In this document: positions 56,375 to 64,000 of the stretch, piece after piece
Layout: each line of letters begins with the position of its first letter
Numbering within the stretch: position 1 is the first letter of the stretch
Source of the DNA: an uncultured Dehalococcoidia bacterium
GTDB lineage: Bacteria > Chloroflexota > Dehalococcoidia > DSTF01 > JACRBR01
Length of the DNA stretch: 64,000 nucleotides
Direction of reading: 5' to 3'
Assembly (NCBI GenBank): GCA_964458665.1
Contig: CAYWOO010000192.1
Span: 6,984-70,983 of the forward strand
The notes under the pieces: generated by a model
Database searches by the model: none
Told to the model about the DNA's origin: nothing
Seen by the model: only the letters and a program-made list of their open reading frames with translations
Made by a program: the position numbers and the translations under genes

Positions 56375-57994
56375 ATGCCGCGCGCGCTTGCTACGGTGTC
56401 GCACACGATGGCTGATTCGCTTCCGCACTTTTCGCTTGCTGATGCTGCCGGCGCCGCGCGTGCGTTTCCTGCGGGACGGCATGCGTTGCTCTGCTTTGTG
56501 AAGCAGGACTGCCCGACGTGCGTACTGACGCTGCCGTTGATTGAGGCGGCGCATCGCGCGTTCGGCCGGGCGATCGATGTGTGGGCGATCTCCCAGGACG
56601 ACGCGGCGGCTCGTGTAGCGGTGGCTAAAGCGCACGGTCTTACGATGCCGCTGCTGGACGATTCCGCGCTGGCGGTTTCGTTCGCGCACGACCTCGATAC
56701 GGTACCGACGATCATCCTCGCGGACGGCACGGGCACGGAGCTGCGCCGGTTCGTTGGGTTTGGGAGGTCGGACTGGCAAGAACTGTACGGCGAGCTTGCT
56801 GCGATCAGCGGCGTCGCGACGCCAGAGATCGACTGGTCGTCGTATCCGGAGATGCGGCCGGGTTGCGGATCGAAATTCGTCGATCCGGCGATTGCTGAGC
56901 GACTGCTCGCCGAGTCGTCGGGGAGCCCGCTGCGGGCGCGTCGCATCGAGATCGCGGACTCGGACGATGTGTTCGAGTTCATGTTCGACCAGGGGCTGAC
57001 GGATGGGCTGCCTGTGGTGCCGCCGACGCCGGAGCGCGTGCTGCACATGCTGGCCGGCACGAAGCGCGCCGCCCAGGACGTCGTGGCGATCGTGCCGCCG
57101 AACATGGCGCCGGCGACGGTCGAGAAGGTCGCCGTGAACGCGGTGATGGCGGGCTGCACGCCGGAGTATCTGCCCGTCGTCATCGCCGCGCTGGAAGCCG
57201 TGTGCACCGATGAGTTCAACATCCACGGCGTCAACTCCACGACGTGGGGTGCGACGCCGACTCTGGTCGTGAACGGGCCGATCCGCCACCGCATCGGCAT
57301 GAACATGGGGCTGAACGCGCTCGGCCAGGGCAACCGCGCCAACTCGACGATCGGGCGCGCGCTGAAGCTCGTGCTGCGCAACGTCGGTGGCGCGAAGCCG
57401 TCCGGCACCGAGCGGCCGACGTTGGGCTGGCCGGGGCGCATCACGTCGTGCTTCGCCGAATGGGAGGAGCGCAGCCCATGGGAGCCGCTGCACGTCGAGC
57501 GCGGCTTTCGCGCGGACGAGAACGTTGTCACCGTGATCGCGACGGAGGGGCCGCATCAGATCGCCGACCAGGTGTCGCGCACGGCGCACGCGCTGGGCGG
57601 CAGCATCGGCCTGGGGCTGGAAGCGTTCTGGCACCCGAAGAGCCACAACCAGGGCGACATCTTGCTGGTGATCTGTCCGGAGCACGCCGACACGCTCGCT
57701 CGCGACGGCTGGACGAAGGCCGATCTACGCGCGCGCATTCAGCAGATCACGTCGCGACCCATGCGGGACCTGCTCGGCGATGACGAAAGCGGCGAGGGGC
57801 ACCAGCGAAGCTGGTACGGCGCGGCGGGCCCGACGGAGGCACAGCTTGCGACGCTCGTGCCGAAGTTCCGCGCGCCAGAGTACATTCACATCGCCGTCGC
57901 CGGCAGCGAAGCGGGCAAGTTCTCGACAGCGTACGGCGGCTGGGTGCTGGCGCCGATCGGGTCGAACCCTGTGAGTCGCAAGATCGAGGGCTGA
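56375..57994 (+). CDS. Thioredoxin-like (CPTC) domain fused to a large uncharacterised domain
   Basis: 539 aa. N-terminal LLCFVKQDCPTCVLTLP thioredoxin-fold motif, then RPGCGSKF, then about 370 aa with no motif I recognise. An alternative start lies at 56408. Confidence 0.75.
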   Translation: MPRALATVSHTMADSLPHFSLADAAGAARAFPAGRHALLCFVKQDCPTCVLTLPLIEAAHRAFGRAIDVWAISQDDAAARVAVAKAHGLTMPLLDDSALAVSFAHDLDTVPTIILADGTGTELRRFVGFGRSDWQELYGELAAISGVATPEIDWSSYPEMRPGCGSKFVDPAIAERLLAESSGSPLRARRIEIADSDDVFEFMFDQGLTDGLPVVPPTPERVLHMLAGTKRAAQDVVAIVPPNMAPATVEKVAVNAVMAGCTPEYLPVVIAALEAVCTDEFNIHGVNSTTWGATPTLVVNGPIRHRIGMNMGLNALGQGNRANSTIGRALKLVLRNVGGAKPSGTERPTLGWPGRITSCFAEWEERSPWEPLHVERGFRADENVVTVIATEGPHQIADQVSRTAHALGGSIGLGLEAFWHPKSHNQGDILLVICPEHADTLARDGWTKADLRARIQQITSRPMRDLLGDDESGEGHQRSWYGAAGPTEAQLATLVPKFRAPEYIHIAVAGSEAGKFSTAYGGWVLAPIGSNPVSRKIEG

Positions 57995-58187
57995 CGGTTC
58001 ACCGCGGAGCCGCGGAGAGCACAGAGGAGGATTGGGGTTCGCCGCGGGGCCCGCAGAGAGCACTGAGGATAAGCCGTTGAGGCGGCCCTGCGTGGCCGCC
58101 CGCGGCGTGCGAATTGGTAGTTGCGTTCGCACCCGATGCGGGCGTAGGTTTAGCGCACGACGTGACGCGAACGAAACGGAGAACACG

Positions 58188-58709
58188 ATGACAACTATCA
58201 TCCTCGACCCGACGGACGAGCGGGTGCCGGTGCGCCGGGCGCTGACGGCGCGGCCGGAATCGATCACTGGCACCGTAGCGCTGCTGGATATCGGCAAGCC
58301 GCGGGGGAACGTGCTGATCGATCGGTTGCAGGTGCGGTTGGCCGACCGGCTGCCTGGCGTGGAGCTCAAGCGGTATCGCAAGCCGACGTTCACAAAGCCG
58401 GCGCCGGATGAGCTGCGCCGCCAGATCGCAAAGGAGTGCGGCTTCGTTATCGAAGCGCTTGCCGATTGAGGCTCCTGCACAACGTGCAGTGTGCACGACA
58501 GCGTCTGGTTCGAAATCAATAGCAGGCCCACGGTGTTCATCGCGTCGTCGGAGTTCGTCGAGGCCGCGGACGCGCAGGCGGTCGCGCTCGGGCTGCCCGA
58601 GGTGCGCCGTATCTTCGTGCCGCATCCGATCCAGGACGCGACGGACGATGAGATGCGCGCGAAGGCGGATGCGATCGTGGAGCAGATCATCGAGGCGTTA
58701 GTGGACTAG
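58188..58709 (+). CDS. Candidate selenoprotein with a U-G-S-C motif (in-frame TGA at 58467..58469 read as Sec)
   Basis: ATG at 58188 lies 6 nt after GGAG. Track ORFs 58032..58469 and 58491..58709 are in the same frame and separated only by the TGA. Joined they read ...IEALAD-U-GSCTTCSVHDSVWFEIN.... The downstream part has no ATG or SD of its own. Confidence 0.65.
58475..58495 (+). promoter_or_regulatory. SECIS-like hairpin(s) just 3' of the in-frame TGA
   Basis: Two alternative folds: CTGCAC-aac-GTGCAG (58475..58489), or TGCACA-acgtgcag-TGTGCA (58476..58495). They begin 6-7 nt after the TGA. Confidence 0.45.
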
Positions 58710-58740
58710 GGGTGGTGGAACCGCAGATCGCGCGGATCTC

Positions 58741-58782
58741 GCGGAGAGGGGACGACAGGCGGGGCGCCCGCGCTCCATTTTG
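58741..58782. repeat. Family A tail fused to a reverse family E element
   Basis: gcggagaggggacgac + aggcggggcgcccgcgctccattttg. Same orientation as the copy at 56310..56340. Confidence 0.8.
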
Positions 58783-58849
58783 CGGGTCGCTTTGTGCGCG
58801 GGATTGCTGCGGCTCTCGCTATCTCTAGTCGCGACGCGGGGAGAGTGCG

Positions 58850-59649
58850 ATGGACAACGATGATCAACAGCGCGTTGCGGCGGGCTACAACGCCGTGTAT
58901 GCGGCCATTCCGAAGAGTCCCACCTTGGCGCGCATCTGGCGCGAGCACGCTCTCGGGGATGACTATCCGGCGGGGTTCGAGCACATCAGCTTCGTCACGC
59001 TTGCAGAGCTCGGCACGATCGCGAGCGAGTTGCGGCTCGATGCCAACTCGGCGTTTGTTGATCTGGCTTGCGGCTTGGGGGGACCGGGGCTGTGGGTTGC
59101 TCGCGAGACGGGGGCGCAGCTCACGGGCATCGATCTGTCGTCGGTGGCGGTGGCCGGCGCGCGCGAACCCGCAGCCGGGTTGGGGCTGTCGGGCGTCGCG
59201 CAGTTCTCCGGTGGCACATTTGCAGAGACTGGCCTGAAGGCTGCGCGTTCAAGGGCGCGATGAGCTGTGACGCGCTGCAGTACGCGCCGGACAAACAGGC
59301 GGCGCTGAACGAGGCCGCGCGCATCCTCCGCCCCGGTGGACGACTCGTCTTCGCGTGCTTCGAATTCGACGCAGCGCGAGTGGCCGGTCTTCCTGTGCTC
59401 GGCACGGACCCGGTCGGTGACTATCGACCGTTGCTCGAACGGGCAGGCTTCGATGTATCGAGCTACGCCGAGACGCCGGGCTGGCGCGAACGACTGACGG
59501 CGGCGTATCAGGGCATCGCCGATGCGAAGACGTCGCTTGGAGACGAGATGGGCGTCGCGGCGTATTCCTCGCTGCTTGGCGAGGTGGCGCTCACGCTGCA
59601 GATACAGCCGTACCGAAGTCGCGTGCTCGTTTCGGCAACCAGACGCTAG
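58850..59649 (+). pseudogene. Class I SAM-dependent methyltransferase with a frameshift
   Basis: Frame 1 (58850..59263) has VDLACGLGGPGLWVA motif I and ends ...GGTFAETGLKAARSRAR*. The continuation ...GAMSCDALQYAPDKQAALNEAARILRPGGRLVF is in the frame of track ORF 59068..59649. The shift is near 59230..59240. Confidence 0.75.
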
Positions 59650-59770
59650 GTGGCACGGGCTGTCGTTATATGCGCGGGGAGTCGGGCATGCAGCGAGGCA
59701 TCGGTGGGCAGCACGCGTTTGATGTCGTACGTCTGTGGTTCCGCCGCCCCAAACTCGCTACCCTCTCCGC

Positions 59771-60409
59771 ATGGAAATCACCTGGCTTGGACACTGCTGC
59801 TTCCGCATCCGTGCGAAGGAAGCCACTGTCGTTACCGATCCGTGCGACAAGACCACCGGCTACAGCCTGGGCCGCCCGACCGGCGACCTCGTGACGGTCA
59901 GCATCGATGACCCCTCGCACAACTACGTCGCTGGCGTCGCCGGCGACCCGCGCGTCATCGACGGCCCGGGCGAGTTCGAGATCGCCGGCGCGTCCGTCGT
60001 CGGCGTCACCACGTATCGAGACAAAGAGAAGGCCGCGGGCGCCGGCCGCAACGTCGCGTTTGTTATCGAGCTGGAGGATCTGCGGATCTGTCATCTCGGC
60101 GGCATCGGCCATGTGCCAACGTCGGACCAGGTGGAGCAGATCGGCAACATCGACATTCTGCTCGTCCCGGTAGGCGGCGGCAATGCGCTGGATGCGCCGC
60201 CTGCGGCCGAGACGGTGAGCCTCCTCGAGCCGAAACTGGTCATTCCCATGCACTTCAAGACGGACATCGAGAAGCGCCCACTCGACCCGATCGACCGATT
60301 CCTGAAGGAGATGGGCGCCAAGTCCAGCGAGACCCACGCCAAGATCGCCGTCACCCGCAGCTCGCTGCCCGAGGAGACGCAGGTCCTCATTCTGGACTAC
60401 AAACGCTAA
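59771..60409 (+). CDS. MBL-fold metal-dependent hydrolase (UPF0173-like)
   Basis: Trimmed to the ATG at 59771. MEITWLGHCCFRI...VTVSIDDPSHNY...ICHLGGIGH...IPMHF. Confidence 0.8.
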   Translation: MEITWLGHCCFRIRAKEATVVTDPCDKTTGYSLGRPTGDLVTVSIDDPSHNYVAGVAGDPRVIDGPGEFEIAGASVVGVTTYRDKEKAAGAGRNVAFVIELEDLRICHLGGIGHVPTSDQVEQIGNIDILLVPVGGGNALDAPPAAETVSLLEPKLVIPMHFKTDIEKRPLDPIDRFLKEMGAKSSETHAKIAVTRSSLPEETQVLILDYKR

Positions 60410-60540
60410 GCGCCGAACTGGCCCGGAGCGCGGGCATTCAACCCGCGTCATACGACGCACGCCGCTCGTACCAACCCGCCAGCCGCGATGTCGAGGCCGT
60501 TTACCTCATACCACCCCAACCAGCCTCCGTGTCCTCTGTG

Positions 60541-60583
60541 GCGAAAAAGAAAAGCCCGGACGCTATCCGGGCTTTCTTCCTTC
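60541..60583. terminator. Bidirectional rho-independent terminator between convergent genes
   Basis: A-rich run, then a 9-bp stem AAGCCCGGA-cgcta-TCCGGGCTT (60552..60574), then a T-rich run (tcttccttc). Confidence 0.75.
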
Positions 60584-60598
60584 AATGAGCAGTGGCCG

Positions 60599-61711
60599 CT
60601 ACGGCAGGTACGACACGGGGTTGACGCGCGTGCCGTTGTCGATGACCTCGAAGTGCAAGTGCATGCCCGTCGAGTATCCGGACGATCCGACGACGCCCAA
60701 CTCCTCGCCTTGCGCCACCGTCTGTCCCTGCGAAACGACGATCGAACTGAGGTGCGCATAGAGCGTTTCGATGCCGCCGGGGCTCACCACCACGACGTAG
60801 AGGCCGTACGAGCAGCAGGCGTTACCGCCGGCGAATACGACTGTGCCGCTGGTCGCGGCGGCAACCGGACCGCCGGACGAGTTGTAGCCGTCGATATCGA
60901 TACCGAGCGGGTGCGAGGAGCCGTACCCGCTGGATATCGGCCCGCCCATCGGCCAGATCAACCCGTGGTCCGAATTGGCGCCGCCGGCCACGATCCCGCC
61001 GCTCGCGCTTGAGCCGGAATCACTGGAGCCGCTGCCGGCCTCTGGCAGCGGCACCGCCACCGGGGCGGCCTTCTTGCCGCCGGGCACGAATACCAGCTTG
61101 TTCTCAGCGATCGTGTCCGGCGACGAGAGATGGTTCGGCGCGTACGAGATGATTGCCGCCATCTCTACGCCGTACGCGTCGGCGATGTCGCTGATCGTGT
61201 CGTTCAGGTGGACGTTGTGCAGGATGCCCTCTCCCGGTGGGATGAGCACCTGTTGGCCCAGCGTCAGGAAGTCCGAATTCGGAATTTCCGGGTTGTTGTC
61301 GATGATCGCCTCTACGCTCAGGCCGAACTGAGCGGCGATCTTCGAGACGTTGTCCCCGTCCCTCACGATGTACGTCTCTTCGAGTTTGGGTTCCGGCGGT
61401 GGCGGCGCTACCGCGGCGGCACGCAACAAGGGATCCTCAGCGGTCGGTGAAGGCTCGGCAGTGGGCGTCGCGTAGATCCGGGCGAGTTGGTCGGCGACGT
61501 CGCGGTGCTTACTATCCACCGGGGCTGAGATGTTCGCTGTGCGATTCGCCAACGAAGGCCGTAGGACCGATTGGTCAGCGGCAGGGATGCTCGAACTTAC
61601 GCCAGGCAGGGTGAGTCCCGTGATCGGTGCCGCGAAGGCATGCGACTTCGAACGGAACGTTCCGCCCGTGAGCGTTGCATAGCCTACCGCGAGAAAGATG
61701 ATCACGAGCAC
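60599..61711 (-). CDS. LysM-domain M23 family peptidase (membrane anchored)
   Basis: GTG start with no upstream in-frame start before a stop. N-terminal TM helix. Two LysM repeats (YIVRDGDNVSKIAAQFG, HNVHLNDTISDIADAYG). The M23 motifs include GMHLHFEV. Confidence 0.9.
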   Translation of the reverse strand: MLVIIFLAVGYATLTGGTFRSKSHAFAAPITGLTLPGVSSSIPAADQSVLRPSLANRTANISAPVDSKHRDVADQLARIYATPTAEPSPTAEDPLLRAAAVAPPPPEPKLEETYIVRDGDNVSKIAAQFGLSVEAIIDNNPEIPNSDFLTLGQQVLIPPGEGILHNVHLNDTISDIADAYGVEMAAIISYAPNHLSSPDTIAENKLVFVPGGKKAAPVAVPLPEAGSGSSDSGSSASGGIVAGGANSDHGLIWPMGGPISSGYGSSHPLGIDIDGYNSSGGPVAAATSGTVVFAGGNACCSYGLYVVVVSPGGIETLYAHLSSIVVSQGQTVAQGEELGVVGSSGYSTGMHLHFEVIDNGTRVNPVSYLP

Positions 61712-62103
61712 AAGGCCGTGGGTATAAGGCCTGTGCTTCCTACGAGCACCGTCGCGTCCGAAATGGAGCGACGGCCTGCCGGTGGTGAATCGCGCTCTTG
61801 AGTCCTTGAACGAGCGCGGGCTGAGCGTGCCCCTGATGCTCCCTGCCTCCTACTACTGACGGCTATGCGTCTCGCCGCCCACCCAACGAAGATCCTCAGT
61901 GGAGTATCAGACCCTCGGACCGCATCCGCAGTCAGGCACCGGGATATTCTACCCCACAGAAGCAACCCGATCTGAGCTATCTACTTAACATATGTAAAGC
62001 GTCGGTCCGGTTATCCTGTTATGCCTAGATTCAAATTCCCCCGATCCCACGCTTCCAACCCACCTATAATGAGGATGATCAGAGTCCCGAGAGAGAGCCA
62101 GCA

Positions 62104-63369
62104 GTGATCGATCGCGTGACCATCCAGGCAATGGCGGGGGATGGTGGACATGGCCTCATCGCCTTCCACCGGGAGAAGTTCGTGCCGCGTGGCGGCCCCG
62201 ATGGGGGCGACGGCGGCCGCGGTGGCAACATCGTGCTCATCGCCGACCATGGCGTGAACGGGTTGGGCGCGTTCCGTTACCAGAAGCAGTACAAGGCTGA
62301 GCGCGGCGGTAACGGCGCGTCGAACAAGAAGCACGGGCGAAACGGCGCCGACCTGGAGCTGCGCGTGCCGGCGGGTACCATCGTGCGAAACGCGGAGACC
62401 GGCGAGATTATCGGTGACCTGATCGAAGCTGGCGAGCGGCTGGTCATCGTGCACGCCGGCCGCGGCGGCCGCGGCAACCAGCATTTCGCCTCGCCCGCCA
62501 ACCAGGCGCCGCACATCTCCGAGACGGGACAGCGCGGCGAGAGCCTGCGACTCGACCTCGACCTCAAGCTGATCTCCGATGTCGGGCTTGTCGGCCTGCC
62601 GAACGCCGGTAAGTCGACGTTGCTGGCGGCGGTTTCGCGTGCCACGCCGAAGATCGCCGACTATCCGTTCACGACATTGGAACCGAACCTGGGCGTGGTC
62701 GAGGCGGGCTACGACTCGTATGTGATGGCCGATATCCCGGGCCTCATCGAAGGCGCGCACACGGGTGCCGGGCTCGGGCTCGAGTTCCTGCGCCACGTCG
62801 AGCGGACGCGGCTGCTCATCCATATTGTCGACGCGGCGCAGCCGGATCCCGCGCACGACATTGATGTCATCGACAACGAGCTGCGATCCTACGCGGTCGA
62901 TCTGAGCGCGCGCCCGCAGATCATCGCTTTCAACAAGATGGACATTCCGGAAGCCGAGGCGCGACGGTCGGAGCTCGAAGCCCTTGCCGAACGCCTCGGC
63001 CGCCCGTACGCCTTCATGTCGGCCGCCGCGCGCCTGGGCACGGCCGATCTGGCGAAGATGGCGTTCGAGCGGCTCGAGCGCATCCGCGAGGAGGAGCCCA
63101 AGCCCCAGCCGGACGACGACGTAGAAGTCCTGCGGCCGCAGCAACGCGGCCCCGGATTCACCATCGAGCGCGAAAACGAAGCCTATCGCGTCATCGGCAA
63201 CCAGCCCGTCGTGCTGGTCGAAATGCTCGCACTGCAATCGGACGAATCGCGCGCGGAAGTGATGCGCCGCCTCGGCCGCATGGGCGTCGTCGGCGCGCTG
63301 CGCCGCGCGGGCGCCCGCGAAGGCGACCCCGTACGCTTCGGAGACATCGAGCTCAAATGGGAAGAATGA
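62104..63369 (+). CDS. obg: GTPase Obg/CgtA
   Basis: AGDGGHGLIAFHREKFVPRGGPDGGDGGRGG is the Obg fold. GLPNAGKST is G1. The C-terminal OCT-like domain ends DIELKWEE. Confidence 0.95.
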   Translation: MIDRVTIQAMAGDGGHGLIAFHREKFVPRGGPDGGDGGRGGNIVLIADHGVNGLGAFRYQKQYKAERGGNGASNKKHGRNGADLELRVPAGTIVRNAETGEIIGDLIEAGERLVIVHAGRGGRGNQHFASPANQAPHISETGQRGESLRLDLDLKLISDVGLVGLPNAGKSTLLAAVSRATPKIADYPFTTLEPNLGVVEAGYDSYVMADIPGLIEGAHTGAGLGLEFLRHVERTRLLIHIVDAAQPDPAHDIDVIDNELRSYAVDLSARPQIIAFNKMDIPEAEARRSELEALAERLGRPYAFMSAAARLGTADLAKMAFERLERIREEEPKPQPDDDVEVLRPQQRGPGFTIERENEAYRVIGNQPVVLVEMLALQSDESRAEVMRRLGRMGVVGALRRAGAREGDPVRFGDIELKWEE

Positions 63370-63379
63370 TCCGAGACCG

Positions 63380-63413
63380 GAAATGGAGCGCGGGCGCCCC
63401 GCCCGTCACCTCC
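63380..63413. repeat. Family E hairpin element
   Basis: gaaatggagcgcgggcgccccgcccgtcacctcc. Confidence 0.85.
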
Positions 63414-63493
63414 CGACCCGCCGCGCTAGACCCACACGCGAAACAGAACCTACAACTCTCTGTGCCTCTGTGGCTCTGTGGTGAAAACGCGCC

Positions 63494-64000
63494 ATGAAAC
63501 TCGGCGTCCTCGGCGGCACCTTCGACCCTGTCCACAACGGCCACCTGATCCTGGCGGAGGCGGCGCGCTCGCAGCTCGCGCTCGATCTCGTGCTCTTCGT
63601 TCCCGCCGGCGAACCCTGGCGCAAAGCCCACCGCACCATCACGCCCGGCGAATATCGCCTCGCGATGCTCATGCTCGCGATCACCGATCACGCGCAGCTC
63701 GGCATCAGCGATATCGAACTACGCCACCCCGGCCCCACGTACACCGCCGACACATTGGAAGCACTCGCCGCCGAACGCCTGGACGACGAGTTCTACTTCA
63801 TCGTCGGCGCCGACGCCCTCGCCGACCTGCCGACGTGGCACGACCCCGCCCGCATCGTCCAGCACGCCATACTCGCTGTCGCGGAACGCAGCGGCCACGA
63901 GCTCGAAGCAGCGATCGCGGCGATCCCGCAGCTCGCGACGCGCATCGTTCGCTTCGACATGCCACCGACGGAGATCTCGTCAACGGATATCCGCGCCCGT
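63494..64000 (+). CDS. nadD: Nicotinate-nucleotide adenylyltransferase (3' end runs off the window)
   Basis: MKLGVLGGTFDPVHNGHL (the (H/T)xGH motif), then ISSTDIR near the window end. It is not in the ORF track because no stop codon lies within the window. Confidence 0.85.
   Translation, partial: MKLGVLGGTFDPVHNGHLILAEAARSQLALDLVLFVPAGEPWRKAHRTITPGEYRLAMLMLAITDHAQLGISDIELRHPGPTYTADTLEALAAERLDDEFYFIVGADALADLPTWHDPARIVQHAILAVAERSGHELEAAIAAIPQLATRIVRFDMPPTEISSTDIRAR

Noticed and set aside
58711-58735. A 13-nt match (ggaaccgcagatc) to the start of the cyclase genes (atGGAACCGCAGATCcgctac), suggesting a cyclase gene remnant after the selenoprotein gene.
   Set aside because: Similarity stops after 13 nt. 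The continuation is repeat DNA. A match of this length is expected by chance among all pairs in 64 kb of GC-biased sequence.
62030-62103. A TATAAT box at 62065..62070 upstream of obg as a promoter.
   Set aside because: There is no acceptable -35 element at 16-19 nt spacing, so the support is too weak to list as a feature.

Overview
This is a visibly GC-rich bacterial chromosomal segment. Gene content and repeat style suggest a Chloroflexota-like organism, but that is inference only.

The left two-thirds is mostly housekeeping:
- an ABC-F ATPase, rplU-rpmA, rpmE and hisF-hisI
- a PadR operon
- the conserved block rpsB-tsf-pyrH-frr-uppS-cdsA-dxr-rseP-ispG
- glpK-glpD, eno, a XerC/D recombinase, pcm and uvrC

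The region from about 38 kb to 60 kb is more accessory:
- a MrfA/MrfB-like helicase and exonuclease pair
- four tandem paralogs that fuse an alpha/beta-hydrolase fold to a class III nucleotidyl cyclase, interleaved with an APH-like kinase and a decayed tRNA-Arg 3' half
- two frameshifted genes
- a TetR + thioredoxin-fusion + small-protein locus

The window ends with obg and a partial nadD.

The strongest lead is the small gene at 58188..58709. It is split by a single in-frame TGA inside a U-G-S-C motif and is followed by a SECIS-like hairpin. This makes it a candidate selenoprotein that the ORF track breaks in two.

Intergenic DNA holds at least seven families of short GC-rich hairpin (REP-like) repeats. 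They include a 119-bp-period satellite, and two copies sit in frame inside CDSs (glpD and cyclase 4). An archaellin-like class III signal-peptide protein lies next to the ribosomal protein genes.

Most long antisense ORFs in the track are GC artefacts. All product calls come from motif reading by eye; no database search was possible.
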